DNA of 64,000 nucleotides from Owenia fusiformis (GCA_903813345.2 CAIIXF020000001.1:38192001-38256000), one strand, 5' to 3'; shown: positions 14,468 to 26,602, numbered from the stretch's first letter. A program made the numbers and translations. The notes: generated from the letters alone by a model not told the origin.

Positions 14468-15292
14468 CTGCAAGTTTTATAAATGTTAACAAGGCATTAA
14501 TATGACTAAACATCACCTCCTGATTGGAATTACAAAAGTGTAACAATTTGTTGATGTTGACACCAATAACCAAACATCAATTACAAAAAAACTGTGGCTA
14601 AGGTATTCACATAATGAGATGAAGCCAAACCTAGTGAAATATCTCAATTTTATGACTGATTTCCTGTAATTCTCAACCATGTCAACTGTGTGGAGATATA
14701 ATCAGGTAGATCATGCCATCTGTTTTAGTAAAAATTATAATATTACTGGCCAAAAAGAATTTTCAAAATCGTCTACCAATTTTGTCTTGCTACCTACTGT
14801 TGCAAATAAAAATAAAAATATCATGAATCAAGCCAATATACTCAAGCAAAGGTTTTTCATAAATGTCTTTAGTTAAAGACCTTTTGCTTGTCAATTGGCA
14901 GCCCAGCAGTTTTCAAATTTTAAATTAAGTAGCAGTAGCACCTGTTTTTATGGGGGGAAGGGAGATCATGGACAATGGCATGAGCATACACAATTGCATA
15001 TACAGGGTTCCACCTGTGTTTTGATTAACATTTCACATATTAAACCCCTATCATTTATTTCAAGTTAATTAAACTGAAACTACTTGTCCATTTAAGTTTA
15101 TTGATGCTTTGTAGATCCATTTCTTTTTTCCATTCAATATATTGTCAAGGCAATTAGAATAAAAATGTTCTTCATAAAGGTCAATGTTTCAAAAAATTGC
15201 TGCTGATATTATGTACTAGTATTCACCATTTTTAAAAGGCTCTTTAAATGAGACAGAAAAATTCAGAATGTTAAGTCAAATCAAATTCCCAC

Positions 15293-15485
15293 CTTTTGTG
15301 TTGTAAATTTCTTACAGCTGCTTGCAGGTGCTGGCAGTCATATTTCAGTTGATCAACTCTAAGTTTGGCATTAGCTCTTCTTGTTGGAGGCTCCTTATTT
15401 ACAAGTGATTCTAACCTCTCACAGTTACTAACAATTGCATCAATACGAGCCTGTACTTCATTTTCCACTATATGGATGTCATCTC
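15293..15485 (-). CDS. GOSR2: GOSR2/membrin exon 2
   Basis: ttaag|GA GAT...AAA AG|gtggga; [15 protein letters not shown]...[35 protein letters not shown]; phase 1 to phase 2. Confidence 0.96.
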
Positions 15486-16084
15486 CTTAAAAATAATACT
15501 TAAAAATAAACTACACTGACTGCCATTTACAATATTTATACAATATTTATGTATATTAGTTTGTGGTAGGTTCTAAAATGTTCTGATTGTTAGATAAAAC
15601 ATAAGTCTGAATCAATTCATTAATGTCAACCATAACATGAGCCAACTATTATTCTTGAGAAAATACCAGAGGAGAATATGGTCCAATTGGAATTCCATTC
15701 AAACAATAGTCATGATCCAACTAGCTAAAGATACCAATACCATAGACCCGGACCATAGACGTCTGATGGGGTAGTACATTGGGTGCGACTGCCCCTCCCT
15801 TTTTGAGCTGATTTCTAGATGCTTTACCCCAGGGATTTTGCATGGTGCTGAGAAACTTCAGAGGAAAGAACTGTGTGCTCTGGTGAAAGAGGTGGAGAAA
15901 CAAACCAATTGAAACCTACTATGATGGTGGCTGCTACTTTTTTTTATATAGACATACCCCCCTGGATTCTTGACTACATCATGATCATGTAGTCTGAAAT
16001 TTTTGGAATGAAAATAGTCTCTAGTCAGTCTAGTCAGAGACATATAATAACAATTCATGCCTCTGGTCTGTCGGATACAGACTA

Positions 16085-16797
16085 CTTCTTGTTGCGTGTT
16101 AAAAAAGGCAAGAACTTAACTTCGACATATAAGTGTTACCTGATGAATGGGACCCTCACGTGCCTTCGAAATGGTAGTAAACAAACTCCAATGTAACTTT
16201 AAGAATTAGAGGGTTTTCTTTTGCACCATTGCACCCCCCAGATTTAAATCATAATCAAAACAATTCAGGTACCAACTATTGAAAATAGAGTAAGATTGAT
16301 TTGTCATATTATAAATTGGCTTTCTAATGATATTTAACTTAATATGTCATATATTCATATTTTTTTCGTTTTTTGGGTACCCAGCTTTTTCTACAGGGTA
16401 CCAGGTACCAAGTTTGAACCCAGCATGGAGGATTTACTACCCGGTACCCGGTATTTTCTACAAATCCATTTGTCTGATGCTCGGATGTTCGCATTTTATT
16501 TAGCTCTCGTAGAAATGAACGAACAAACATTCCATTTTCACACATGTTCGATAATATAACGTATCATTCATAACTTCCGGAAATGACAAGCCAGTCGGAA
16601 AATTTTGGGGAATTTTTTCAGTTCGTTTACATTTCTTGTATAACTGTACTTATTGTTGATCGGACGGAAAGATAAGCTGATGTAGTTACATTGGAGTTCG
16701 TTTACTACCATTAGGAAGGCAGGTGAGGGTCCCATTCATCAGGTAACACTTATATGTCAAAGTTAAGTTCTTGCTTTTTTTAACATGTAACCAGGAG
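16085..16797. mobile_element. TA-flanked MITE (Tc1/mariner-type) in GOSR2 intron 1, carrying a solo end of the GGTACCCGG Mutator-like family
   Basis: about 115-bp TIRs (16085-16198 vs 16684-16797), TA on both sides; 16270-16468 resembles 62945-63186. Confidence 0.75.
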
Positions 16798-16960
16798 TAC
16801 CATCAATTCAACCCCTTGGGGAAAAATCATGGGATACCATTGAATACTTCGATGTTCAAGTGTGGCCTAGCTTGGGATCTGTATGTGTTGCTATGGGAAA
16901 GTATCCATCATTTCCGTAACAGTCAATTATACAAGAAGTGAATATAAAACAAAAAATTAC

Positions 16961-17039
16961 CTTTGGCCCTCTCCAATCTCCCAAGTCCATTTTGAACATC
17001 ATGGACCATACGGTTTGTTTGATGGTAAAGTGCTTCCAT
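16961..17039 (-). CDS. GOSR2: GOSR2/membrin exon 1 (start codon)
   Basis: ATG at 17039, MEALYHQTNRMVHDVQNGLGRLERAK G|gtaatt; the three exons sum to 645 nt = 214 aa plus stop. Confidence 0.93.
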
Positions 17040-17159
17040 TCTTTACCTATTCGTTAATGTAACTGTTTTGTTGGATTAAGAATATGTACTCTATCTAAAA
17101 TTCTAATGCAATTGCATGATTTCGATCTAGAACAGATGGTTTTCGGTAAAATGTACAAC

Positions 17160-17390
17160 GAATTTTGAAATTCTTACGTGTCTTTGTAAACCGGAAGCTC
17201 TAATTGACCTTGACCCCGAGATTTCTACTTCCGTGTTTTGAAAGAGAGACACATTATTGATAAAAAACTAAGTGTTGACATTGGCAACTGATTATTGATA
17301 TTCTATTGCATTATGAAGGTAATTGTATGATAATTTTTGTATATTCCTGTCATTGCATTTTACCCTGGAAACTAGAAAGCAGGTAAGCAA
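17160..17390. promoter_or_regulatory. Putative bidirectional promoter between GOSR2 and the Schlafen-like gene, with a probable non-coding first exon on +
   Basis: ETS-type cores CCGGAAG (17191) and ACTTCCG (17227) about 150-190 bp upstream of the GOSR2 ATG; + strand donor gcag|gtaagc at 17382. Confidence 0.45.
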
Positions 17391-17482
17391 TGTATTGTCT
17401 TATTTACTCGAGTCTCTAACCAAGGAGGAATATGGTAATGTCTTAGTATCATAATCTATCTGAATTGAAAATAAATTCATAT

Positions 17483-17812
17483 CACTGGCGGATAAGGGGG
17501 GGGGGCCAGGGGCCCGGGCCCCCCCCCCCTTGGGTGGGCCCAGAAAAAAAAAATTGGGCCCAAAAAAATTTTTGGACCAAACAAGGCCTTCAGGCCCCAA
17601 AAAGTGGGCCTTTTTGGTCATTACTGGGCCTTTTAAGGCCTTATTTGTTAATTTCAGGCCAAATTTTGAAGAAAATGGGCCTCAAAATTTCAAAATTTGG
17701 GCCCACTTTTGGATTTTAGGGGCCCAAAATTTTTTTCCGCGCAAGCGCAGACGTTTTTTCTCTGACCTGAAATTTGGCCCCCCCCCCTTGTTGGTTCCTG
17801 GATCCGCCCCTG
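17483..17812. mobile_element. GC-rich MITE with 5-bp TSD (hAT5-like, tentative)
   Basis: CACTGGCGGAT...ATCCGCCCCTG ends; CATAT at 17478-17482 and 17813-17817. Confidence 0.7.
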
Positions 17813-17894
17813 CATATGATAGTGTACATTCAAATTTTACATGTAAAACGTTTTATATCAGAGGCATCGGAACAGATAGAATTACTATGCAGTA

Positions 17895-18199
17895 CAAGGA
17901 GGATTGGCTCCCAGAGTGCACCACCGATATTCTGTCCCATATATGGGTATGTCGTAATACAAAATTCGAATTCAAACAGCCGCCATTTTGTTCACTTCAA
18001 CATTTAAATCGTGAATTTTGGTCTTATTTCCAAACGAAAAATTCCAAAACTCACAAGAAATGATCGAGATATTGGTTCGAATCTTTTGAACTGTTTATTT
18101 TGAATTTATAGTCGGTTTTAATTTCAGAAAATAACGACATTTCGACGTTTTCATTGTTGGAAAATATCGAGTTTCGATCCTGGGAGCCAATCCTCCTTG
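17895..18199. mobile_element. MITE with 20-bp TIRs and 9-bp TSD
   Basis: CAAGGAGGATTGGCTCCCAG / CTGGGAGCCAATCCTCCTTG; TATGCAGTA at 17886-17894 and 18200-18208. Confidence 0.85.
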
Positions 18200-18444
18200 T
18201 ATGCAGTAGGTAAATAATATTATTCACTTCGTATAGAGAGTGGGGGGCTATCTCAGATCTACATGTATATCTGTTCCGATCTGTGATATACAGAATATAC
18301 ACATGATTTGTATATGTATGTTGAGACCCCGTGCAAATGCATTGTATTTTACTTTGCAGATAGAGATACAGTTGACTAATATACAGAATGAGGTCCAATT
18401 TACTACATTGTATGTTAAACATTTGAGCAGACTTAGACTTACTT

Positions 18445-19410
18445 GAATTTGCTACATTGTATGAAGATAGAGGACGGTACAATTTGGCTACAGTTGTATG
18501 AAGATAGAGGTACAATTGGCTACAGTTCTATGAAGATAGAGGTGCAATTGGCTACATTGTATGAAGATAGAGGTACAATTGGCTACAGTTATATGAAGAT
18601 AGAGCTTCAATTGGCTACAGTTATATGAAGATAGAGCTTCAATTGGCTACAGTTGTATGAAGATAGAGGTACAATTGGCTACAGTTGTATGAAGATAGAG
18701 GTACAATTTGGCTACAGTTGTATGAAGATAGAGCTTCAATTGGCTAAAGTTGTATGAAGATAGAGGTACAATTGGCTACAGTTATATGAAGATAGAGTTT
18801 CAATTTGCTACAGTTGTATGAAGATAGAGGTACAATTGGCTACAGTTGTATGAAGATAGAGCTTCAATTGGCTACAGTTGTATGAATATAGAGGTATGAT
18901 TGGCTACAGTTATAGGAAAATAGAGGTTCAATTGGCTACAGTTGTATGAAGATAAAGGTACAATTGGCTACAGTTGTATGAAGATAGAGGTGCAATTGGC
19001 TACAGTTATATGAAGATAGAGCTTCAATTGGCTACAGTTGTATGAATATAGAGGTACAATTGGCTACAGTTATATGAAGATAGGGTTTCAATTGGCTACA
19101 GTTGTATGAAGATAGAAGTATAATTGGCTACAGTTATATGAAGATAGAGCTTCAATTGGCTACAGTTGTGTGAATATAGAGGTATGATTGGCTACAGTTA
19201 TAAAAAAATAGAGGTTCAATCGGCTAGATAAAGGTACAATTGGCTACAGTTGTATGAAGGTAGTGGTGCAATCGACTACAGTTGTATGAAGATAGAGGTG
19301 CAATTTGGCTACAGTTGTATGAAGATAGAAGTACAGTTGGCTAATTGTATGAAGATATAGGTACAGTTGGCTAATTGTATGAAGACAGAGATGCAGTTTG
19401 CTACATTGTA
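18445..19410. repeat. 32-bp minisatellite, about 30 copies
   Basis: unit TTGGCTACAGTTGTATGAAGATAGAGGTACAA in tandem, without spacers. Confidence 0.95.
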
Positions 19411-19644
19411 TTCAGGACCATGAAACTGGAGAAAAATGAAAATGAGAGATATACATTCATTTTTCACGGAACTTACCTCTGTACTAAAATTCTGCATTTA
19501 ATGCTAGTGTTTCCTAGAACATCTAGAGAAAACATCTGATCATTTTGTGATGAGAAGAATTTACTGTTTTCTAAGAAAGTGACAAGTTAGAAGTCCACCG
19601 CCTAAATTAGCCTTTGCACTGATCGCTACTATACACGTTATAGT

Positions 19645-20461
19645 ATGTTTGTAAATTCATTCCCCAATTCAACATCTGAATATGGACCTCCACCTCTTGT
19701 CATGCAAGTGGATAAAACTGAGTTACCTTATTCTTCGGCAAGAGGGTGGCAAGATACTCGAGTAAAAACTGAGGACTTTACAATGACTTTAAATAATATT
19801 CGGAATGATGATAATTATCTTACACCAATGCAACATAAACTGTGTTCCCTAGTTATGACATTGGGGTACAACAGCTGTACTGTAAATGATGTCTGGATTA
19901 ATGGTTCAAATAATGATACAAACACTGCATCAATTAAGTGCCGTTCTCAAGAAATGTATGATTTTTTATACAATCAGTTCCAAGATGAGGACAGAGTAAG
20001 ACAGAATCCAGAGGTGAAAAATATACTGAAAGATAATTCATACTTTGTGGATATAGAAGAATATATAATTCCATCACCATCAGACATGTCAGAACAAGAT
20101 GTAGGTGATATAATGTCATCAGAGAGTTACACCTATCGATCTTACTTAGGAGCTGAGACTAGAAATGTTGAATTCAAGAAAGGCGGGGGTGGATACATAC
20201 AAAGGTACCTAAGGGATGATATTGAGAAATACACAGTTGCTTTTCTAAATTCTCATTCAACGGGTAGCTTTTTACTAATAGGTGTAACAGATGATGGTTA
20301 CATTGAGGGAGTTCATGTGAACCATGCTAATGAGGATCATATAAGGAAATCAATTATTGACCCTGCAATGAAGGCTATCACTGGTACGCCATCTATCCTG
20401 TATGTCTCACCTGATATGTATCGAGTTGATTTCGTACCAGTCATGGACGACCGTAAACGAG
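19645..20461 (+). CDS. Schlafen-like (SLFNL1-type) protein, coding exon 1: RRM-like region and AlbA_2/Schlafen core
   Basis: LGAETRNVEFKKGGG, KYTVAFLNS and LLIGVTDDGYIEGV are AlbA_2/Schlafen motifs; donor CGA G|gtacac; in-frame TAA at 19603 precedes the ATG. Confidence 0.88.
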
Positions 20462-20796
20462 GTACACATAGTTTTTATTTACTTGTATGTTTTGTATTTG
20501 AGTCTTGTTTCATGCCTCCCTCGCCGTGTCAGCTCAAAATCACAAAATTAGTTGGTTAGGGAATCCAGAGGGGAGTTCCGAGATTCAAATTATATTGTAA
20601 GCCTTAGAGTTCATCCTTCATTGCTCTTTCAGTTCAAGCACTCATCATTGATTTCTGAGTTGCAAATCCAAGATGCTCTGATATAATAATTTGGAAGTTG
20701 ATAGAACATTCTAGTATAATTCTAGTGACCGAGGGAAATGCATTGATAAACGGTTTTTCCAAGAAAGTTGCTGAATTTCTAGTTCACCTATTTCAG

Positions 20797-20954
20797 TGAT
20801 TCGAGACCAAAAAGTTATTAGGATCAAAGTCTGTTCCAGTTCAAGCAGAGATTTAGAGGATTTGTATGCCACCAGCAGGATGGAGGTATATGAACGTCTA
20901 GATGGAAGTGTTACTCTCCTGGATCCTCTCAAGATTCAAACACGTTTAAAAGAG
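20797..20954 (+). CDS. Schlafen-like protein coding exon 2 (end of the AlbA_2 fold)
   Basis: tttcag|TG ATT...GAG|gtaaat; VIRIKV...LYATSRMEVYERLDGSVTLL resembles the Schlafen-like 'VYxRxDGS' motif; phase 1 to phase 0. Confidence 0.85.
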
Positions 20955-21156
20955 GTAAATTTTCAAATTATGTTTGAGTAGAATTTTGTAGATGCATTCT
21001 TATGTCAGAAAAAATAGTTTTGTTCAACCTATTTTCTCTCAAAACAGATGGTTTTCACAAATGCAAAGACTATTAATAAGTATAGTATTTATCTTTAAAT
21101 ATGGCCATTTTTCATGAACCGTACATGTATGTTAAGCTAATTGTTTTTCATTTCAG

Positions 21157-21462
21157 ATGTTGCAAAAATCATTCAAGGAACAAAAGGAAATTATGAATGA
21201 GTCGCATAAACGAGACCTTGAATTAAAACAAAAGGATTTTGAGCTAGAGACATTGAAAATTCAAAATGATTTACATAAAGAGTTAGAGACATTGGAAATT
21301 GAAAAGGATTTACATAAAAGAGACCTAGAATCGAAACAAAGGGATTTGGAGCTAGAGAGATTGAAAATTCAAAATGATTATCAATCGAAACTTCAAGATC
21401 AAGCTTTAGAATATCAAATGAAGTTGAAAAATAAAAAATCTGCAATTTGTGCTATTATGTAG
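21157..21462 (+). CDS. Schlafen-like protein terminal exon: repetitive coiled coil, polybasic patch and CaaX (CAIM)
   Basis: tttcag|ATG, phase 0; HKRDLELKQKDFELETLKIQND repeats; ends KLKNKKSAICAIM*; spliced CDS is 1281 nt = 426 aa. Confidence 0.82.
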   Translation: MLQKSFKEQKEIMNESHKRDLELKQKDFELETLKIQNDLHKELETLEIEKDLHKRDLESKQRDLELERLKIQNDYQSKLQDQALEYQMKLKNKKSAICAIM

Positions 21463-21570
21463 GGCCTAGTAAAATACATATACTTCAAGTTCTTATCTAT
21501 AAATAACATAGATCCAGTGCAATGATATAGGTTAATTAACTTAATATAAAGTTAAAACTATTTAGATGTA

Positions 21571-22630
21571 CGAGGGTTGTCCCAGAAGTAATGCACTATA
21601 TGCTCTAACTTCATCAATAATTGATATTTGTCCATGAAATTTTCAGTAAATGTTCCTTAGAGACATTTTGATTATTCTAAAAATGTTCATGTTGATTGAT
21701 AAAAATATATTGATGTTGTGATAAAATCAAGTTGGTGAGTTTGGGTAGGGCGGGGCAGGTTTTGCAGTCAAGTCAAAAGGAATAAAAAATTGAAAATATG
21801 AAATAATTAATCAACAAATACCATTTGGTGTAGCTATAAGAACTATGCTCAAAAATATATTTTAAGATACTAAATTACTATGTGCACATCCTAGATTTAA
21901 TGAATGTATATTGCACAGTGTCCCATTTCACATTTTCTCAAAATATTGCCCTTTGCCCTACTTTTGATGCCTGTCAGGTCAAACACTCTCAGCAGTTTCT
22001 TCCAGTGTGACTTGTGGAGTTTTTGCCTCCCATGTTTGGAGTTGTCATACAGGGTTAAATCGTCTCTTTTAAATCTCTTCTACCATTCCATAATTGTAGT
22101 TCTATCTGGTATATACTCCTTATATACTTTCTTCATGGTAGCATTGTTTTGCGTGACTGTGAGGTCAAGTAAAGTATGAAATTAGGCCACCAAATGCAAG
22201 ACCTTCTGTTATCAGGTGAGAATTGCAGCCATTTTTGCAATTTCTTGACTGTGACTGTATTTGAATTCGTGACTATTGAAATGTGATATTATGACATCAC
22301 AGTGCTAAATGTCATTATTTGTACTTGGTTAACATCATGCTGAATAAATTTAACAATTTCCCAAACATTTTGATCATTTTAAGGAAAGAAATATTAATAA
22401 AATAACACTTTAGATCTTTTCATAATAAGAAAAATTGGTACCTGCCCCGCCCACCCCTACCCCCATGTTGTTATAGCAACCATCTTAAGACTTAATATTA
22501 ATGTTGGATGCTAAAACTTCAGGATATAATAGATAAAACTTCAATTGTTATATACACAATATTCCAGCTGAATTGAAGAATATTAAAGAAAGTTAGAGCA
22601 TATAGTGCATTACTTCTGGGACAACCCTCG
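21571..22630 (-). mobile_element. Internally deleted mariner element
   Basis: TIR CGAGGGTTGTCCCAGAAGTAATGCACTATATGCTCTAACT; TA TSD confirmed by the empty site at about 22973; minus-strand remnants MKKVYKEYIPDRTTIMEW*KRFKRDD...KHGR (HTH) and GQYFEKM*. Confidence 0.92.
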
Positions 22631-22713
22631 TAATTCCAAAAGTATTTTCAGAGAAGAATGCCACGTGTTGTTACCGCCACTATATTTTATCTTACGTGCA
22701 CTCGTTTTATGCA

Positions 22714-23068
22714 AGGACTTTACATAAAAGAGACCTAGAATCGAAACAACGAACAAAGGGATTTGGAGCTAGAGAGATTGAAAATTCAAAATGATTATCA
22801 ATCGAAACTTCAAGATCGAGCTTTAGAGTTTCAAATGAAGTTGAAAAATAAAAAATCTGCAATTTGTGCTATTATGTAGTAAAATACATATACTTCTTAG
22901 CTATAAATAACATAGATCCAGTGCAATGATATAGGTTAATTAACTTAATATAAAGTTAAAACTATTTAGATGTAATTCCAAAAGTATTTTCAGAGGTTTT
23001 TCTTTTTAAAGTATGCCACGTGTTGTTACTGCCACTATATTTTATCTTACGTGCACTCGTATTATGCA
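22714..23068 (+). pseudogene. Tandem partial duplicate of the Schlafen-like last exon end and 3' flank
   Basis: near-identical copy of about 21304-21570 joined to 22633-22713; includes ...KKSAICAIM* (TAG 22877-22879); lacks the mariner insert. Confidence 0.85.
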
Positions 23069-23248
23069 CTTCATTTACTTTTTGAATTACGCAATCTACA
23101 TGTATTCCGTCCATGGATAATACCTTCAGTGGTAGCATTCCCTACATAAATCCAATGACCATGGATTCTAAAACTTGTGTCTTAATGTTTATTAGATGTA
23201 AGTGTACCATTACTCAGCTGTATTTGATGCATATTTGAAATAATATAT

Positions 23249-24312
23249 TGTAGCGTTTGCGGGTATTTACAATTTGTATTTAAACATCGCAGCTACATTT
23301 CTTTCCTTCACTTACGTTCGTTTCCATTCAGAAATATTTCTTGTAAATTTCAGTACGATAATTTAGTCATCATTTTAATTGTTAGCGATCTTTTTAATCA
23401 CCGTTTTCAGCATATTTATTAACTCTGTAGCTTCCTTTATTTATCTGTATGCATATTCTTACGCAATGTTCAGTATTTTGTAAGTATTTCATTCTAATAG
23501 ACACATTTATAAACTTTTCATGGGCGCCGCCATTAATGACGTCACATTTCCCACAGTGCACTTCGTACTGATTGCGGGAAATTCAAACAGAGGAATGACG
23601 TCAGATTCTAAGAATTAAAACTGTGACGATAGAACGCTGCATATCAGCGGGAAAAAAAGACTTCAGCTAGATTTCAAAGAGTGAGGACGTATTGTCGAAT
23701 TCTCTTCATGTAACTTCATAAATCATGTACTTTTTGGGGGGAGGGTTGTAAATATCAAATAAACTCTTGTAAATATGTTAACCAATAAGCTAGTCTGTAG
23801 TCTTTTGTATGGATTTCAAGTGAGAGCAAGTATTGCCACGGGACTTGGAACATTTTCCGTGGCTGAGCCCATGTTTTATGATCATGATGTAGTTTATCCC
23901 TACTTGATCATATGTGGTTTATCCCCACATTATATCCTGTTATACTTGTGATGTTGCCTTATCTGTGGTCTATCCCCACTGGCATAATTTTCACAATGCA
24001 GTTTTATATGCAGAGAATCAGATGTGATAAGCAGTTATCACCGTATCAATCAATCAATGTTAAATCATGATCGTATGCAGTGTGTCGCTTTATTTATCAC
24101 ATTTGCAATGCTGTACAGAGTGACCCACTATATTGGTAACTCGTGAATATTGCTGCTTATAGCAATAATAATGCTGTATTCCAGTAGCTGTTAATCCCAT
24201 AATATCACACATTCCATAAATTTACAGACACTACCACACAATACCATTATACTTCAATTCTGAGACATGCATTCATAACAATCATATTATTTGGCACCCC
24301 GGCTATACTACA
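23249..24312 (+). repeat. 5' LTR (1064 bp)
   Basis: TG...CA; two TGACGTCA (CRE-like) motifs; AATAAA at 23758; only 2 mismatches to the 3' LTR noticed. Confidence 0.95.
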
Positions 24313-24315
24313 ATT

Positions 24316-24333
24316 TGGTGGCAGTGGTGGGAT
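24316..24333 (+). promoter_or_regulatory. Primer-binding site, tRNA-Leu
   Basis: TGGTGGCAGTGGTGGGAT, 3 nt after the LTR, complementary to the 3' end of tRNA-Leu (…ATCCCACCACTGCCACCA). Confidence 0.88.
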
Positions 24334-24792
24334 CTCAAACCAGTAATACTGGGTGTCCAAATAATTCCTGACACACCAATATGTGTGTTTCCAGAAACCA
24401 GATGTCCAGAATAAGCTTTGAATGAAATACTGAGATGATCAATGTTTCTAGTACCGCTGACAGACATGCTACATGTATGTCATGTATATGGTCTGCTGAC
24501 GAGTAGATTCATTTTTACATGTTACTACATACAGTACTTTGTCTTCCAGTTACTCCAGAGATGTCAGAATCTTCCATACCAGCTTCTGCTAATTGGGTAT
24601 AGACCTTATCCAGTTACCACAAAGCTGATGAGCGTAGTTTTATGGGATCCAGAAGTCCAGTCTCCAGGAATCCAGAATATCATTTAATGAGCTGATTAGT
24701 TACACAGCGTTATAACTGGTCATAATCCGGTTACTCGAGACCCGTCAGAGTCCATACGAGTAGTTTCCAGAATTCCTGATATCGAAGCGAAT

Positions 24793-26333
24793 ATGGAAAG
24801 TGAGCAACAGGCGAAACACACTGCCAGCATGCGTGTGCCAGCAATACCACATGATGAAGAGTATACATATCCAGAGCCGTTCCAGTCTAGCAATCTTAAT
24901 GAAGATGCCATGTTCAGATTAGATGAGATTAGAAAATGTATCAAACTTCTGCACAGTGAAGAAGAGAAGATCCTCCAGAACAAGAATACAACTATCAATA
25001 TTAGTGAAGTTCCAGTTCCAGAAAATGATGCTGAAAGATATAATAATGAAATTCCAGTCAATGAAATCATGTCAAGCTATGAATATTGTGTTCCAAATGA
25101 ACAGAACGAAATAAAAAGCATACCATAGAGTATTGCGCTGCAGGTGAGCAGCATGTAAATAAAAAGCATACCACAGAGTATTGCGCTGCATGTAAGCAGC
25201 ATGTAAATAAAAAGCGTACCACAATGCTGCAGAATTGTGAGTATTGCGCTGCAGGTGAGCAGCATGTACAAAGTGTAAAGGTTGGTCTACCATCAAACAA
25301 GCGTACCATGAAAGATCATGAGTATTGCGCTGCAGGTGAGCAGCATGTACATACTAGTGTAAATAATATGGGTAGATCTAGTGGTTCAAATCTACTGGAT
25401 TTTAATGAAATACCCATTCCAGATCCAAAGCCGGACCAGTCCTTGGGTATAAAGAAACCATTTAGAGATAACCATCCAGTTACGGAGGTACTGTTACGTC
25501 CTGATGAAGTGTCCCGAATGAGGTATCCATAGACAGCTCCCTCTTTAAACCCGTCCAACATGTCCAATGATGTGTCCAATACATCAAGCCAAAAAGAGAG
25601 AAAGATAAAACAATATGATGGGAAGACAAGTTGGAAAGCTTTTAAATTTAAATTTGACATTATAGCAGATATCAATGAGTGGAATGAGCGAAGACGTGCC
25701 ATTGAACTATTAACATGTCTTGATGGCATTGCAGAGAAAATCTTCGATATAATCGAACCTTCCAGAAAATATGACTATCAGTATGTTTGTGATACAATAA
25801 AAGGCATGTTTGATACTGACTTCCAAGAAGAGAAATATCGTAACCAACTCAGACAGCGTATGAAACTTAAAAGTGAGAATGTTAACACTTTTGGGCATGA
25901 TGTCATACGTCTTACTAATTTGAGTTTTCCTGCATTATCAGAGAATTCCAGAGAAGCAATTGCATTGGATATCTTCAAACATGCATTACAAATATCAGAC
26001 TCTAAAATCAGTTATCATGTTTTCTCCAAAGACCCTAAAAACATGCGAGATGCAATCAAGGCAGCCATCCAGATGGAGTGTTATACTGATGACAGGCCAA
26101 CGCACATAGACATCACAGAGAACAACGTCATAAATTCTTTTTCTGCAATGTTTGCTGACAATGGCCATACTCAGTCAACAAAGCAGTCCAAGAATGTACC
26201 TGCAAGATGTTATTACTGTAATTTTATTGGCCATTATGCCAAAACATGCAGATTTAAATGTGCAGATGCTGACAAAGGCTATATCACTCCTGATTATATT
26301 GGTAAAAGACTTTCAAAATTGTGGTCTAAATAG
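24793..26333 (+). pseudogene. gag: gag, disrupted upstream (frameshift near 25109, TAG at 25530); capsid and zinc-knuckle ORF 25560-26333 is intact
   Basis: IKQYDGKTSWKAFKFKFDIIADINEW...LLTCLDGIA capsid-like segment; CYYCNFIGHYAKTC CCHC knuckle; EYCAAGEQHV peptide repeats upstream. Confidence 0.85.
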
Positions 26334-26590
26334 CTGGGAAGATGCAGCCTAAGACTTCATCACAAAGCAGATGAGATGTTACCTATAATATAAATTCCAT
26401 AGATGAAAGAGCAGAAGAGACAACCCACAAGCCCAGTGGAAAGATGACCTACAAAATAACAAGACCAACAACAGGAACAAACACAATGAACAATGACATT
26501 TAGTGTGATAAGTGCAAACATACACCAGTGATACACAATTTAAAGGACTATGTTTAAATAAAATTCATGACACTTCGGGACGAAGTGTAT

Positions 26591-26602
26591 AAAAGAGGGG
26601 AG
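26591..26602 (+). promoter_or_regulatory. Polypurine tract
   Basis: AAAAGAGGGGAG just before the 3' LTR, preceded by the hairpin ACACTTCG-GGA-CGAAGTGT. Confidence 0.85.

Noticed and set aside
17465..18063. 177-aa and 84-aa ORFs
   Set aside because: They lie within GC-rich MITEs and have no domain signal
18445..19410. CRISPR-like 32-bp periodicity
   Set aside because: Units are contiguous with no unique spacers, the context is eukaryotic and there are no cas genes
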